Source of the DNA: Octopus sinensis
Lineage: Eukaryota
Length of the DNA: 64,000 bases
Direction: 5' to 3'
Assembly: GCF_006345805.1 (NCBI RefSeq)
Contig: NC_043026.1
Location: forward strand, 9,982,001 to 10,046,000
Positions 26,994-41,349 of the stretch are shown here, piece by piece (positions within the stretch are counted from its first letter, which is position 1; each line of letters starts with the position of its first letter). Both the position numbers and the translations under genes were made by a program. Below the pieces are notes generated by a model. That model was not told the origin of the DNA and made no database searches. It was given only the letters and a program-made list of their open reading frames with translations.

Positions 26994-28810
26994 GGCAATA
27001 ACGGAGGAATTCAAGACAGGATGCCCCTGGGAGCTCCTCTATGCTGATGACCTTGCTCTAAATTGCTGAGTCTCTATTAGAACTAGAGGAGAAGTTTCAG
27101 GTATGGAAGCAAGGTTTAGAATCGAGGGCCTTAGAATCAACCTAGCCCAAACCAAAGTCCCTAATAAGTAGGAAGGTAGACAGACCAATCACAAACGCCT
27201 TCAGGTAGATGGCCCTGCTCGATCTGTAGAAAAGGCGTAGGTAGAAACTCTATAAGATGCACCAAATGTAAGCTATGGACACATAGAGATGTAGTAATGT
27301 GAAAGGAAGACTATAAAATAGTTATTACTGTGGTAGATGCTCGGAGCAATAAACTCTGAAATATGCAGAGACCAACTTCTACCCCGTTCCAGGGAGAAAA
27401 CAATAGAAGTAGTTGATAGCTTCCGCTACCTAGGTGACCAAGTCAGTAGGGGGGGGGCTGTGCTGAAAGTGTAACTGTTAGAGTAAGAATAGCCTGGCAA
27501 AGTTTAGTTAGAGAGCTCTTACCCCTGCTGGTGACAAAAGGGCTCTCGCTCAAAGTAAAAGGCAGACTGTATGATGCATGTGTATGTACAGCCATGCTAC
27601 ATGGTAGTGAAACTTGGGCTGTGACTGCTGAGGATTTGCGTAAGCTCGCAAGGAATGAAAGCTAGTATGCTCCGATGGATGTGGTAAAGTCAGTGTTCAT
27701 ATCGAAAGAGTGTAAGTACCTCGAGAGAAAAGTGAACCTAAGAAGCATCAGTTGTTGTGTGCAAGAGAGACGTTTGCGCTGGTATGGTCATGTGATGAGA
27801 ATGGCTGAAGATAGTTGTGTGCAAAAGTGCCACACCCTGGCAGTTGAGGGGACCTGTGAAAGAGGTAGACCCAGGAAAACCTGGGTCGAGGTGGTGAAGC
27901 ACGACCTTCGAACTTTAGGTCTCACCAAGGAAATGACCAGAGACGAGACCTTTGGAAGTATGCTGTGCGTGAGAAAAACCGGAAAAGACCAGTGAGAACA
28001 GTCAAAATCAAATCAAAAAAAAACCAAATCAATTCATATATCAAAAAGCAGAACCAAATTGAGGTTGATCAACATCAGTGGGAATTGCAGCTGTGGTTAA
28101 GCGAACCATCCGATCGTGGTCGTTGCCGGCGCCGCCCCGTCTAGCCTCCGTGTCGGTGGCACGTAAAAGCACCATCCGTTCGTGTCCATTGCCAGCCTCG
28201 CCTGGCCCCCGTGCAGGTGACACGTAAAAGCACCATCCGTTCGTGGCCGTTTGCCAGCTCTGTCTGGCCCCCGTGTCGGTGGCACGTAAAAGCACCATCC
28301 GTTCGTGTCCGTTGCCAGCCTCGCCTGGCCCCCGTGCAGGTGACACGTAAAAGCACCATCCGTTCGTGGCCGTTTGCCAGCTCTGTCTGGCCCCCGTGTC
28401 GGTGGCACGTAAACGCACCATCCGTTCGTGTCTGTTGCCAGCTGACACGTAAAAGCACCCTCCGTTTCGTGGCCGTGTTGCCAGCTCTGTCTGGCCCCCC
28501 CTTGTTGGTGGCACGTAAAGTACCATCCGTTCGTGTCCGTTGCCAGCCTCGCCTGGCCCCCTGCCGTTAACACGTAAAAGCACCATCCGTTCGTGGCCGT
28601 TTGCCAGCTCTATCTGCACCTGTGGCGGGTGGCAGTAAAAAGCACCCACTACACTCACGGAGTGGTTGGCGTTAGGAAGGGCATCCAGCCGTAGAAACAC
28701 TGCCAGATCTGACTGGGCCTGGTGCAGCCTTCTGGCTTCACAGACCCCAGTTGAACCGTCCAACCCATGCTAGCATGGAAAACGGACGCTAAATGATGAT
28801 GATGATGATG
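26994..28810 (+). mobile_element. RTE-clade LINE, 3' half (frameshifted)
   Basis: CPWELLYADDL, RRLRWYGHV and GRPRKTW motifs; (GAT)n tail. Confidence 0.9.
28147..28620 (+). repeat. GC-rich minisatellite in the RTE 3'UTR: 61/62-bp units alternating as a ~123-bp dimer
   Basis: CACGTAAA at 28160, 28221, 28283, 28344, 28406, 28446, 28512 and 28571. Confidence 0.9.
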
Positions 28811-28911
28811 ATATATATGTATATATATATGTATATATATATGTATATATATATATGTGTATATATATATACGTATATATATATATGTGTATATATATAT
28901 ATATATATGTA

Positions 28912-30318
28912 TCTCTTATTATAAAAGGCAGATTTTATCTGCCTCCCTTTGTAACTTATAGAAATCTACAATATAGGATTTCTTCAATTACAATTTACCT
29001 AGCATTTTTAAGAGTAGAATGCATCGGGTCATGCAGTCCCATTTTTAAATTTTAAACTCCAGTTAAGCAAAATTTACAGAAAAACTCACATTCTGGTGTG
29101 TATGTCAAATGCTCTTCTTAATGTGGTTTACACACCACACGCAAACGCACACACACACAAAGGGAACGAACTGTTTCACTGACGCTATCACCCTTCTCCT
29201 CCTTTGTCTTTGCAAGTTTGCAGCTATTGAAGTGAAAACAGTGAATCTGACAGCGATAAAGAAAACGAATTGGTACCTGAATGGATGAAAATTTAAAAAC
29301 TGTTTCTTTCGGTGATTTTTCTGAAGAAACTGGACAAGCCACAGACTTTCCCAGAAGAGTAAAGCCTTAAACTATTTCTATTTACTTTTTCGAATGAGCC
29401 TATTTGAAATCATTACGGCAGAAACGAACTGTTATGCTAAACGTAAACAAAACGAAAGAAAGGATACTTTTATTTCCCACCCCTTAAATGAAATTAAGGC
29501 CTATTTTGCCATAAATATTATTATGGGTATCAGAAAGTTACCCAGAATAACAAATTATATCGTAAAATTTTGTTGTATACCCAATTGAATATTAGCTAAT
29601 AACCCATTTCTATAGCGATGTTGGAACAAAATTTTAATAATTTTATATATTGTTGAATTTACCTGTATCTACCTGCAATTAGAGTCACTTTGTGACAAAA
29701 ATTATAGTATAGAATTGTTGAGGACATTTCATTAATTATCTTCCAAAAATCACATTAATATATTGATAAATAAAAAGTTATTGTTGTTTAATGAAACCAG
29801 ACTAAATTTATGATTACGTTAGAAAATAATTGAAACACATAAGAGGTGTATTTTGGTCAGAAATGTAGTAACGAAAGGGTTAAGAAAAACCAAACCGGGT
29901 ATCTTATAGTCGTGAGTCATATCGAGCCCTTCTGGATATTAGCGCGCGTCTACGATGAGTCTACGATTTAAAAAAATTACCATCATATTTTTCCCATTTT
30001 AATCCATTTTTTCGCTATTATATAAGGGAAGTAACTCTCTAAAAATATCTACGATGTGTCAACGATTTAAAAAGAAATTTACCTTAATTTTTTTTCCATT
30101 TTTAATGCATTTTTTTCCTATTTTTTGGCTATAACTCTCTAAAAATGCTTATATAGTTATTTCCCTTACAAACCCGAGCAACGCCGGGCTCCTTAAATTT
30201 TGTTTTCCATTTTTTTAATGCATTTTCTTCTAATTTTTTGGTTGCATAACTCTCAAAAAATGCTTATATAGTTGTTCCCTACAAAACCCGAGCAACGCCG
30301 GGTAACGATACTGCCTAG
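28912..30318 (+). mobile_element. Non-autonomous composite Helitron A
   Basis: A|TCTCTTATTATAAAAGGCAG 5' end; CCCGAGCAACGCCGGG hairpin and CTAG|T 3' end (3' region appears twice, with noise). Confidence 0.8.
29238..29883 (+). pseudogene. piggyBac transposase N-terminal fragment with right end (…GAAAGGG|TTAA) inside Helitron A
   Basis: LFEIITAETNCYA...NEIKAYFAINIIMGIRKLPRITNY matches the piggyBac/PGBD N-terminal pattern (TNxYA, ExxAF/YxxxxxxMG); GGG terminus followed by TTAA. Confidence 0.7.
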
Positions 30319-30330
30319 TAAGATAATATC

Positions 30331-30362
<32 letters not shown>

Positions 30363-30388
30363 TAGATATAATATGCATATTTTCTATA

Positions 30389-32040
30389 TCTCTTATTATA
30401 AAGGCAGATTTTATCTGCCTCCCTTTGTAACTTATAGAAATCTACAATATAGGATTTCTTCAATTACAATTTACCTAGCATTTTTAAGAGTAGAATGCAT
30501 CGGGTCATGCCAGGTCCAGTTTTTAAAATTTAAACTCCAATTAAGCAAAATTTACCAGAAAACTCACATTCTGTTGTGTATGTCAAATGCCTTTCTAATG
30601 TGGTTTACACCACACGCACACGCACACACACAGTGTGCAACGAATAAAATGAAAGTAAATAGCGACAGATGATTTGAGAAGACTAAATGAAAGTATTTAA
30701 ACCACTACTCAAAAAATAAAAAAACCGCAAACAGAAACAAATAAATACATAACGATTTACTCCTCACACAATTTCTTCAATTAGAGTTTACCTAAGATTT
30801 TTCAAAGTACTCCATTCGGTCATGCATAATATATTTCTTTCAATTTCACCCCCCATTAAGGAAAAATTCGAGAAAACTCAAATTTTTAACATTTCACTCC
30901 GAAAGCATTGATGTACATGTGTGCGTGCGTGAGTGTGTGTGTGCGTGTGTGTGTGTTGATGGGTTGTGCGACACAGAAAGTGTGGTGTGTAAGTGAGTGA
31001 AGTTGTTTGTTAGTGTGTTTGTAAAGAGACAGACAGAGTGAAAGACAGAAATAACTGAACTTTTTTTATTCACTTTTTGTAGTGAGTGACTGAGAGAGAA
31101 AAGAAGAGAGAGAGGTTATGTATGTATATATGTATGTATGGCTTCAGTGACACACACACACAAAAACACATACCTACGTACCCTAAAGCACGGCACACAC
31201 ACACACACACAAGCGGAGCGCGAACTTCAAAATTTGGTAGTATTAATTTGCGAGCGTACTTCTAAGCGCGCGTAATTGAAAGTTTCACTATTATATCATC
31301 ACGTGCGAAAAAATTCGAAGGGTTTTGAACAATTGAGATACAATGTCACGCCTGTATTGAAACCATTGCTAAGCTGCGTAATTGCTTAATTAAGACTTTG
31401 TTTAAATTGAAAGGGCAAATATGGACGAGGTTGAAAAAAAAATACCCCAGAAAAAAAATGTACTGCTGGTATTTATAAAATTCACTACTATTTTGCTACA
31501 ATGTCATGAAAAAGAAAAAATTTAGGTATGTAAATCGAATTCGCCACCCCCTTTTCCCCGTTCGCGTTTGTGTAAAAAAAAATTATTATTTAAGTTTTAA
31601 AAATTTTTTACTTTGTTCAAAAAATATTAATATTAATTAATTTTCAAGAATTATTTAATTTTATTCTGGTAAAATCGTAATTAATTCATTTATCTGTAAA
31701 ATCCGCGAGGGTGTTACTCAGGCACCTAGAATGGTAACCTTCAACTAACACTATCTCCTCCGAGACCCTGCGGCGCAAGTTGACCAAAATTGAGAGTATG
31801 GTAGAAGAAGGGTGCTCTTCCTTCCGTAGAACATAAAATTCAAATCGGACCATGTTAACACCAAAATTATTTACATCAAAAAGATGCTTTTTTCTATGAA
31901 AATCCCTATTTTTACGATTTTTTCACTGCTGTGTCGCCACTTGTATTTCGACCAGAAAATGTTCACAAAATTTTTACTTTTCAAATTACCAATTCCAGCG
32001 GGTCGAAACAAACCCGAGCAACGCCGGGCGATACTGCTAG
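30389..32040 (+). mobile_element. Non-autonomous Helitron B
   Basis: Same 5' ~200 bp as A, different interior; hairpin and CTAG|T at 32012-32041. Confidence 0.85.
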
Positions 32041-32091
<51 letters not shown>

Positions 32092-33195
32092 TATATATAT
32101 TATATATATATGTATATATATATATTCATATATAGCATATTTATATTTAATATATGTATATATATATATGTATATATATATATTTATGCATATTTATATA
32201 TGTATTATATGTATCTCTTATATAAAAGGCAGATTTTATCTGCCTCCCTTTGTCTTTATAGAAATCTACAATATAGGATTTCTTCAATTACAATTACCTA
32301 GCATTTTTAAGAGTAGAATACATCGGGTCGTGCCAGGTCCAGTTTTTCAAATTTGAACCCCCAATTAAGCAAAATTTCGAGAAAACTCACATTGTGGTGT
32401 GTAAGTGAAGTGCTTTTCTTAGGTGGGCTACAGCACACCCACACACACCACACACAACGGAGCGATCTGCTTCGCTCACGCTATCACCCTAATTTCTCCT
32501 CCTTTCTCTTTGCAAGTGTGCAACGATTAAAGTGAAAGTATTTATATAAACGGATCACTCATGCTATCACCATAATTTCTCATACTTTCTCTTTGCAAGT
32601 GTACCTTAACCACTACTCAAAAAAAAAACACAGCAAACAGAAACAAAATAAATACATAACGTTACTCCTCACACAATTTTTCAATTAGAGTTTACCTATG
32701 ATTTTTCAAAGTACTTCCATTCGGTCATGGACATACAAAATTCTTTCAATTTCACCCCCATTTCAGAAAAAAATTCGAGAAAAACTACCATTCACTTCAA
32801 AGCCTTTACTCTGCACATTACTCCACTTCCTCTTTACACACAGACACGCAAATATATAAATAAAAATTGTAAGCTAACGTGTGTGTGTGTGTGTGCGTGT
32901 GTGTGAGTGTGTGTGTGCGTGCGTGTGGTGGTGTGTGAGTGTGCGGTGTGTGTGTGTGTGTGTGCGTGTGTGACAGGGATGAGCCAGTCAGAGGTCATCC
33001 TTTGCTACACCACTGGTTTTCAGTTCATATTCATCAAATTAATATTCACAACAAGAAGCCTATTCATTATTTACATCAGTTCCACACAATTTACCCTGGT
33101 CCATTTCGGACAACTGCACAAACATTTGCCATTTCACACATGTATGTAAACAAATTCTTTCTTAAAAATTTCAATCATTTTATTTTTCAATTCAT

Positions 33196-33860
33196 ACAAA
33201 GTTTTTAGGACGAATATAAGATCTAAAGTATATCCAAGTAGCAGAAACATCGCCCAAAAGTGTATATAGATATTAAATGTATTTATATATTCAACTATAC
33301 ACAGATGTATGTATAATGTGTGTGTATATATTTCCATAGAGGTAACCATTCACTCCATACAAAGTTATTTAGGACGAATATAAGATCTAAAGTATATCCA
33401 AATAGCAGAAAGATCGCCCAAAAGTGTATATAGATATTAAATGTATTTATATATTCATCTATACACAGATGTATGTATAATGTTTGTGTATATATTTCCA
33501 TAGACGTAACCATTCACTCCGCACAAAGTTTTTTAGGACGAAAATAAGATCTAAAGTTATCTCTAAGTAGCAGAAAGATCGCCCAAAAGTGTATATAGAT
33601 ATATAAATGTATTTATATATTCATCTATGCACACATGTATGTATATATTTCCATAGAGGTAACCATTCACTCCATACAAAGTTTTTAAGGACGAAAATAA
33701 GATCTAAAGTTATCTCTAAGAAAAAGAAAGATCGCCCAAAAGTGTATATAGATATTAAATGTTTTATATATTCATCTATACACACATGTATGTATAATGT
33801 GCATGTATATATTCCATAGAGGTAACCATTCAATCCATACAAAGTTTTTTAGGACGAAAA
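33196..33860 (+). repeat. Tandem repeat, 153-164 bp unit, 4 copies (3 in the second block at about 49747-50264)
   Basis: AGGACGAA at 33207, 33371, 33535, 33688 and 33851. Confidence 0.9.
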
Positions 33861-34109
33861 TCTTTATATATAAAAGAAAGGTTGTGTGTCTGTCTACTCG
33901 ATTTAGATTCCTAACTACTCCCACATTTTGCGATGCAGTTTAACCAAAAACCGGTATCTTATAGTCGTGATTCAAATCGAGCCCTTCTGGGTATTAGCGC
34001 GCGTCTACGATGAGTCTACGATTTTACAAATATTTACCATAATTTTTTTCCATTTAAATGCATTTTTTTTAATAAAGGGAAGTAACTCTCAAACTTCACA
34101 CCAATATGC

Positions 34110-34600
34110 GTGCTCATATTGCAACGTAATATCACATCAGCAGCATTTCCTCACACCCTCCTTGCACTTGGCGAAGGCAAAATACCAGGGGATGATGAAA
34201 CTGGTAATATTGCCATCGATTCCATTTGTACCTTTGTTAAGACGCCTTCTGATCTCAGAGATGCAGGTTCCAAGATCTACAGCTATTATCAGAATATGGA
34301 TCGGATTGGCCAAAGGGGCTATTCTGGCCCCGAGGAATAAAACTGTTCACATATTAATGATGAATGCTAAACTCATTCCCAGGGAAGTCTATGTATATCA
34401 GTCTATCGATACAACTCCTGACCCAGAGGACGTCATCAACTATCCAATAGAGGTACTCAATTCCTTTGAGCACCCCGACTACCACCACACTTTCTCAAAC
34501 TTAAAGTTGGTGCCCCTATAATGCTCATCAGATATTTGGTTCCCCCAAAACAATGCAATGGCACACGTTTGATCGTTAAGTCCTTATCTCCCACCGTAAA
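34110..34600 (+). pseudogene. Helitron RepHel PIF1-family helicase fragment
   Basis: AILAPRNKTVH...YQSIDT...YPIEVLNSFE, then after a frameshift LKLKVGAPIMLIRYLVPPKQCNGTRLIV, the PIF1 motif IV/2B region. Confidence 0.88.
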
Positions 34601-34834
34601 CTTATATCAATATTTGCCTGAATAATCATCATAATTCAGTGCAATCATTAACAGTACTTTCAAGCAATTCAGCCCCGAGCAACGCCGGGCAATTCTGCTA
34701 GTATATATATATATATATATGGATATTTATATATATGTATATATATATGTTTATATTTATATATATGCAATACTAATATATACTTGTATATATATATGTA
34801 TATATATATACAATCTGTACTATACTGAAACGTA

Positions 34835-35073
34835 AAGGGAGATAATGAGACTTGTTGTCTTGAATAGTTGAGAGAGGAAATACGCATGCGCGTTGAAGTG
34901 CTTCCTAATTGGTTTTGTTTGATGTTGGTGAAATGTCCAGTGTGTCAATTTTTTGAATCAGCTGATTTTTATACCTTTATAATACTTACAATACGTATTT
35001 ATGATGTGTTTCTCAACTGCCAGACACACACGTATATAACAAACACTATCCTTTATGAAGCATTTCCGTAAGT
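34835..35073 (+). promoter_or_regulatory. Putative promoter and exon 1 of ZNF5 (type B)
   Basis: AAGGGAGATAA 34835, ACGCATGCGC 34882-34891, GTAAGT 35068-35073; two 51-bp VNTR units at about 35190-35265; acceptor ends at 36279. Confidence 0.65.
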
Positions 35074-35513
35074 ATTAAGCAAAGAAAATTTTCATTGTTT
35101 TTTAATTCTGTAGACTTTCGGTCTTTGGCGCGTCGATTCTTGTGTCTTTTCTTACGTTTATGAATGGGAGATGTCCTGATTTGTGCCGGATTTGGCTGCT
35201 ATTCTAGCTATGGAAAAGAGATTCTATGATACGTGCGTGATTTGGCTGCTATTTCTAGCAATGGACAATACCTTTGCACACTCCCTTGTTGCCATGTTAG
35301 TTTGTAACATTAACCTTCTGTTTGTTTATTTTGAGAAATATTTTCTAATACATTCCAACCGCTGAAAGTTCAGAAACCAATCCTTTATCGAACGTTTGTT
35401 TCTTGGTATAACTAGAGATGTGCGCCCACCCTGATAGCAATTTGTTTTCTCATAACTAACAATGGATAACTTTAGATAGAAATTTCTGAAAATACTTTTC
35501 AGACTATGTAGAT

Positions 35514-35600
35514 CAGTGGTTTCCAAACTCTTTTACACCACAGACTGACTTCATCCTCGACAATCTCTCCGTGGACATACGTGTAATTTGAGTGCATTTC
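35514..35600 (+). mobile_element. Possible hAT-type terminal remnant (also at 51923 and 58014)
   Basis: CAGTGGTTTCCAAACT resembles hAT/Charlie TIRs; no matching right TIR found. Confidence 0.35.
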
Positions 35601-36620
35601 AATAAAAAGAGCAATTTATTAAAGGGAATAAAAAGGGTTCACCTTCAGGTTTGACTCGAGCCAAAAAATTAATAAAAAAAAAAAATAGTGTAATAGGTGT
35701 AAAAACGTAGTAAACGAATCTGAAATTAAAAAAATGCGCGCCGGCGAACGGGAGGGGTGAGGAGACGACTCGGAAAATTCACATCGGGATGTTCCAAGTC
35801 CTCTCGCCACTAACACATTTGTCGGCGCAATTTTTTCTTCATATTATTTCATGCGTAGACATTTGTTTTGTTTTTTGTGACGGAGGGTTGGGGTCCAACT
35901 CGGATAAGGTGCGCTGGCGAATGGTGGGGCGGAAAGGACTCGGAAAATTCATACGATCAAACTCACAGGATCCAAAAAACCCAATGTTAACACCCGATCA
36001 TAAAAAAGGGGTAAAATTAATGTAAAAAGCCTGTCAGTTGCTATATCTGTGAGCTCTGTGATCTGTCTCATTGTCATGCCTGTTCTATGTATTGATAACA
36101 CCTCAACATCTATCTTGTTAACCAAGCTCCTATTTTCTTATTGAGCATATTAATGGAGTACTGATAAGGTTTTCTCTCCTTTACTTCCTGCCATTGTTCA
36201 TCTATCTGCTCCCCTATGTTAAATACCAGCTGAATCTGTTGCCTCTACATCTTACACTGCTCTTTCTATATCATTTCAGAACATCAGATGACACTGGCAT
36301 AACAGAAGAAACATCCTCAATACCTACCACGTTTTAAGGACTAAAGGAAAATATTATACAAAATAGATGTATCAGATTGCTTCTACAATTCTGAGATAGA
36401 GGCCCTGTAAAACATTTACTCTGAGCTGGTATCATTAACCAAATTTCTGGACATCACTGACTGGAGTATGAAGAAGAGGAGCTTGTATGCTGATTAAACT
36501 TGGATAAGTGTATCTAAGTGTTGCTAGACAAAAGTAACACTGAGCACAAATAGAAAAGTAGAAGTTTATGTAAGGAATAAAAGGGAAGAAAAATTTATAC
36601 GTTGTGATTTGCAGGGGAAA

Positions 36621-38381
<1,761 letters not shown>

Positions 38382-38805
38382 TTTCTAGTTTACTATATAT
38401 TTATAATATTCCTCTGATTTATTCATGGAAGTTTCCAAACTTTTAGATTTTTTTTTGTTTTTGTAATTTTCACATTTTATTCCATGTGTAAGGAACTCTG
38501 TACCAAACTCTTCCCCCTCCTGTCAACCCTTCACATGATTCTTTATTGAATTACGCATCCTCACATTTTGTTCATTGTTTATCTTTTAATGCTTCACTCA
38601 ATAATATGTTATACAATAACTTACTTTATGGCTTTTTCATGACTAAAATATTGTAATCCCTTGCCATATCGGTGTTCACCTATGGCGGTTTTATATTTAA
38701 GCTTATGTCAATTCTCTGTTGTGTGTTTCATTTATAATAAAATACAATATAACAAATTATAAAAATAATAATAAAAAAATATACAGTTACAGTATTTTTT
38801 CTACT

Positions 38806-41023
38806 GAGCAAAGTGCCTTGACTTCACATGAAGGTCTTCATAAAAGAAAAAGCCATATCCATTGATGTCTGTGGTAAATCATTCTCTCAGAGTAGTGGTA
38901 TAAACTGCACACAAACGTATTAATACAGGAGAGAAACCATATCATTGTGATATGTGTGGCAAATCATTCTCTGTAATAGTTTGTTAAATAGACACAAGTG
39001 TATTCATACGTACCTACTTCTAAAACACGGTGGGTACTTTTCTTCTAAGCCAACTTTCTCTATTCTTCCAATTCTGTCTTGACAATGGTGTTACTCCAGA
39101 ACAGTGGAAAACTGCCAGTGTCATCCCTCTGTTCAAAAAGGCGACCGCACATCGCCTGTCAACTATCGCCCCGTCAGTCTTACCAGCTGCATCGCGAAAC
39201 TGATGGAATCCTGTATCAGAGAAACCCTCTGGAACTTCTGGAAGTCTCACAGCCTCATCCAGCCGTCACAATTCGGATTTATTCCTAACTCCAGCTGCTG
39301 TAATCAACTCATCGAGTTTCTTGAGGATGTTACCCAAATCACTGATCGCGGATCCTGGGTGGATGTTGTTTACCTGGACTTTGCTAAGGCTTTTAACTCT
39401 GTGCCACACAAAAGACTTATGGTGAAGCTTTCTTTCTGCATTGGGTGTAAGAGAGCGAACTCTATAACTGGTTAAAGTCCTTTATTTTTGGCCGAAAAGA
39501 GGTTGTCACAGTTCTAGGACAGCACTCTCGCCCTATGAGATGACATCTGGTGTGCCGCAGGGATCTGTTCTTGGCCCCCTTTTATTTGTTGCATATGTTA
39601 ATGACATAGATGCCAACTTAAAGAATGCCACAGTGCTGAAATATGCAGATGACATCAAGCTGTACCTCGAAATAAAGAGGTCAAATCCTATACACTATGG
39701 ATCTCTATTGCAAGCAGACCTGGACACAATGCAGCAGTGGATCATGGACTGGCAATTCAAGCTGGCTGTGGACAAATGTACCACCATGCATTTTGGGAGG
39801 AGAAACCCAGCGTCCACCTACTCCCTCCCCAACACTAGTAGTCTCAAAAAGTCTTCAAGTGAACGTGACCTGGGTGTTATTGTCGACAGCGATTTGCGTT
39901 GGACAAAACACATCGCTAAAATTGTCAAGAAGGCTGAGGGTGTCTTAGCATCACTCACCAAATCCTTTGTGAGCCGCTCTCCGGCTATCTATCTGCGGCT
40001 GTATATAGCTATGGTAAGACCTCACCTGGAGTTTGCATCGCCGGTCTGGAGCCCCTATCTTGCCCAGGACATCAATCGTCTGGAAGCTGTTCAGCGACGT
40101 GCAACCAAAAGAATACCCTCCATCAGGCATTTGCCATATCCTGAACGCCTTACCTCCCTGGGCATGGACACATTGAAACTCCAACGTCTGGCAGCTGACT
40201 TGGCAGACACCCATAAAATTATCAACCATCGCACAAACAATAACTCTGAGCACCTCTTCAAACTCCACCCATCTAACACCCGTGGACATATTTACAAAGT
40301 AAGAAAACAGCACAGCTCCCATGACTTCAGGAAACATTTTTTCACGCTGAGAGTTGCTGAAGCGTGGAACAAACTGCCGACATCGGTTGTTAGTTGTCGG
40401 AGCACTGCTTCCTTCAAGACTTCCATGCTTCCTGAGATTCGCCAACACTACACTTGATTTTCTCCCCTCCATACACCCAGACATTTCTACACTACTGCAT
40501 GTACTTTATATGCACTTTCTGACAAGTTGTGGTGCACCTGAGCACTGTATACAATAATTCATTATAATATCTTATATACAGGAGAGACACCATATCACTG
40601 TGAGATCTGTGGTAAATCATTCTCTCGTAATCATGATTTAACTAGACACAAACGTATTCATACAGGAAAGAAACCATACTGTTGTGATATCTGTGGTTCA
40701 TCATTTTCTCAGAGTTATAACTTAACTACTCACAGCAGCATATTCATACAGGAGAGAAGCCTTATCGCTGTGATATCTGTGGTAAATCATTCTCTCGTAA
40801 TCATGATGTAACTATACATAAACATATTCACATAGGAGACAAACCTTATCATTGTGATATCTGTGTAAATTTCTCTCGTAATAACAACTTAACTAAACAC
40901 AATCGTATTCATGTAGGAGAGACAGCATATACTGTGGTATGTGTAAGAAAATCATTTTCTGACCGTAGTTCCTGGCCTTCACAGAAACATCTTCATACAA
41001 AGGAGAATCCATATCACTCATGA
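38806..41023 (+). pseudogene. Second copy of the 5'-deleted ZNF7-type fragment with the same CR1 insertion
   Basis: Identical deletion and insertion junctions to 22726-24930. Confidence 0.85.
39010..40575 (+). mobile_element. CR1/L2-clade LINE, second copy
   Basis: ORF 39540-40457 gives an unbroken RT C-terminal half (QGSVLGP, KYADD, to LPEIRQHYT*). Confidence 0.92.
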
Positions 41024-41349
41024 CTGGTAAATTATTCTCTCAAATATTGTTTTAATGAAACACAATATTTTACAGGAGAAAACAAGAGAATTGTTTACTG
41101 TTTGTTACGTACCTTTAACAATGCACCTCCACACACACACACACACATATATATGTAGTTTCAGAGTCGTTAAAAGCGCTTATATGAAGAAATAATATGT
41201 GATATGTAAATAAATATATTTTTTTACAACCATCAGCATTCTGAACACCATTTTTCTTTCATATACACACACACATATATATATATAAATAAATAAACAT
41301 ATGCATACATACATGTACGTACCTACCTCTACATGTATATATACATGCA

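Larger units (their letters stand above)
32214..34701 (+). mobile_element. Composite Helitron C (outer 5' end, ~164-bp tandem repeat, inner Helitron from 33861)
   Basis: 5' TC at 32214; a second 5' end of the 9119 family at 33861; a single hairpin and CTAG|T at 34673-34702. Confidence 0.8.

Noticed and set aside
28041-28763. Long GC-rich ORFs in several frames (also 44500-45360)
   Set aside because: Arise from the RTE 3'UTR minisatellite, which has few stop codons; frames are not conserved between the two copies.
31884-33842. Y/I/C/V-rich ORFs (also 25026-25327, 28855, 41858-41970, 45371, 48648, 60238-60488)
   Set aside because: Translations of (TA)n/(TG)n microsatellites and AT-rich tandem repeats.
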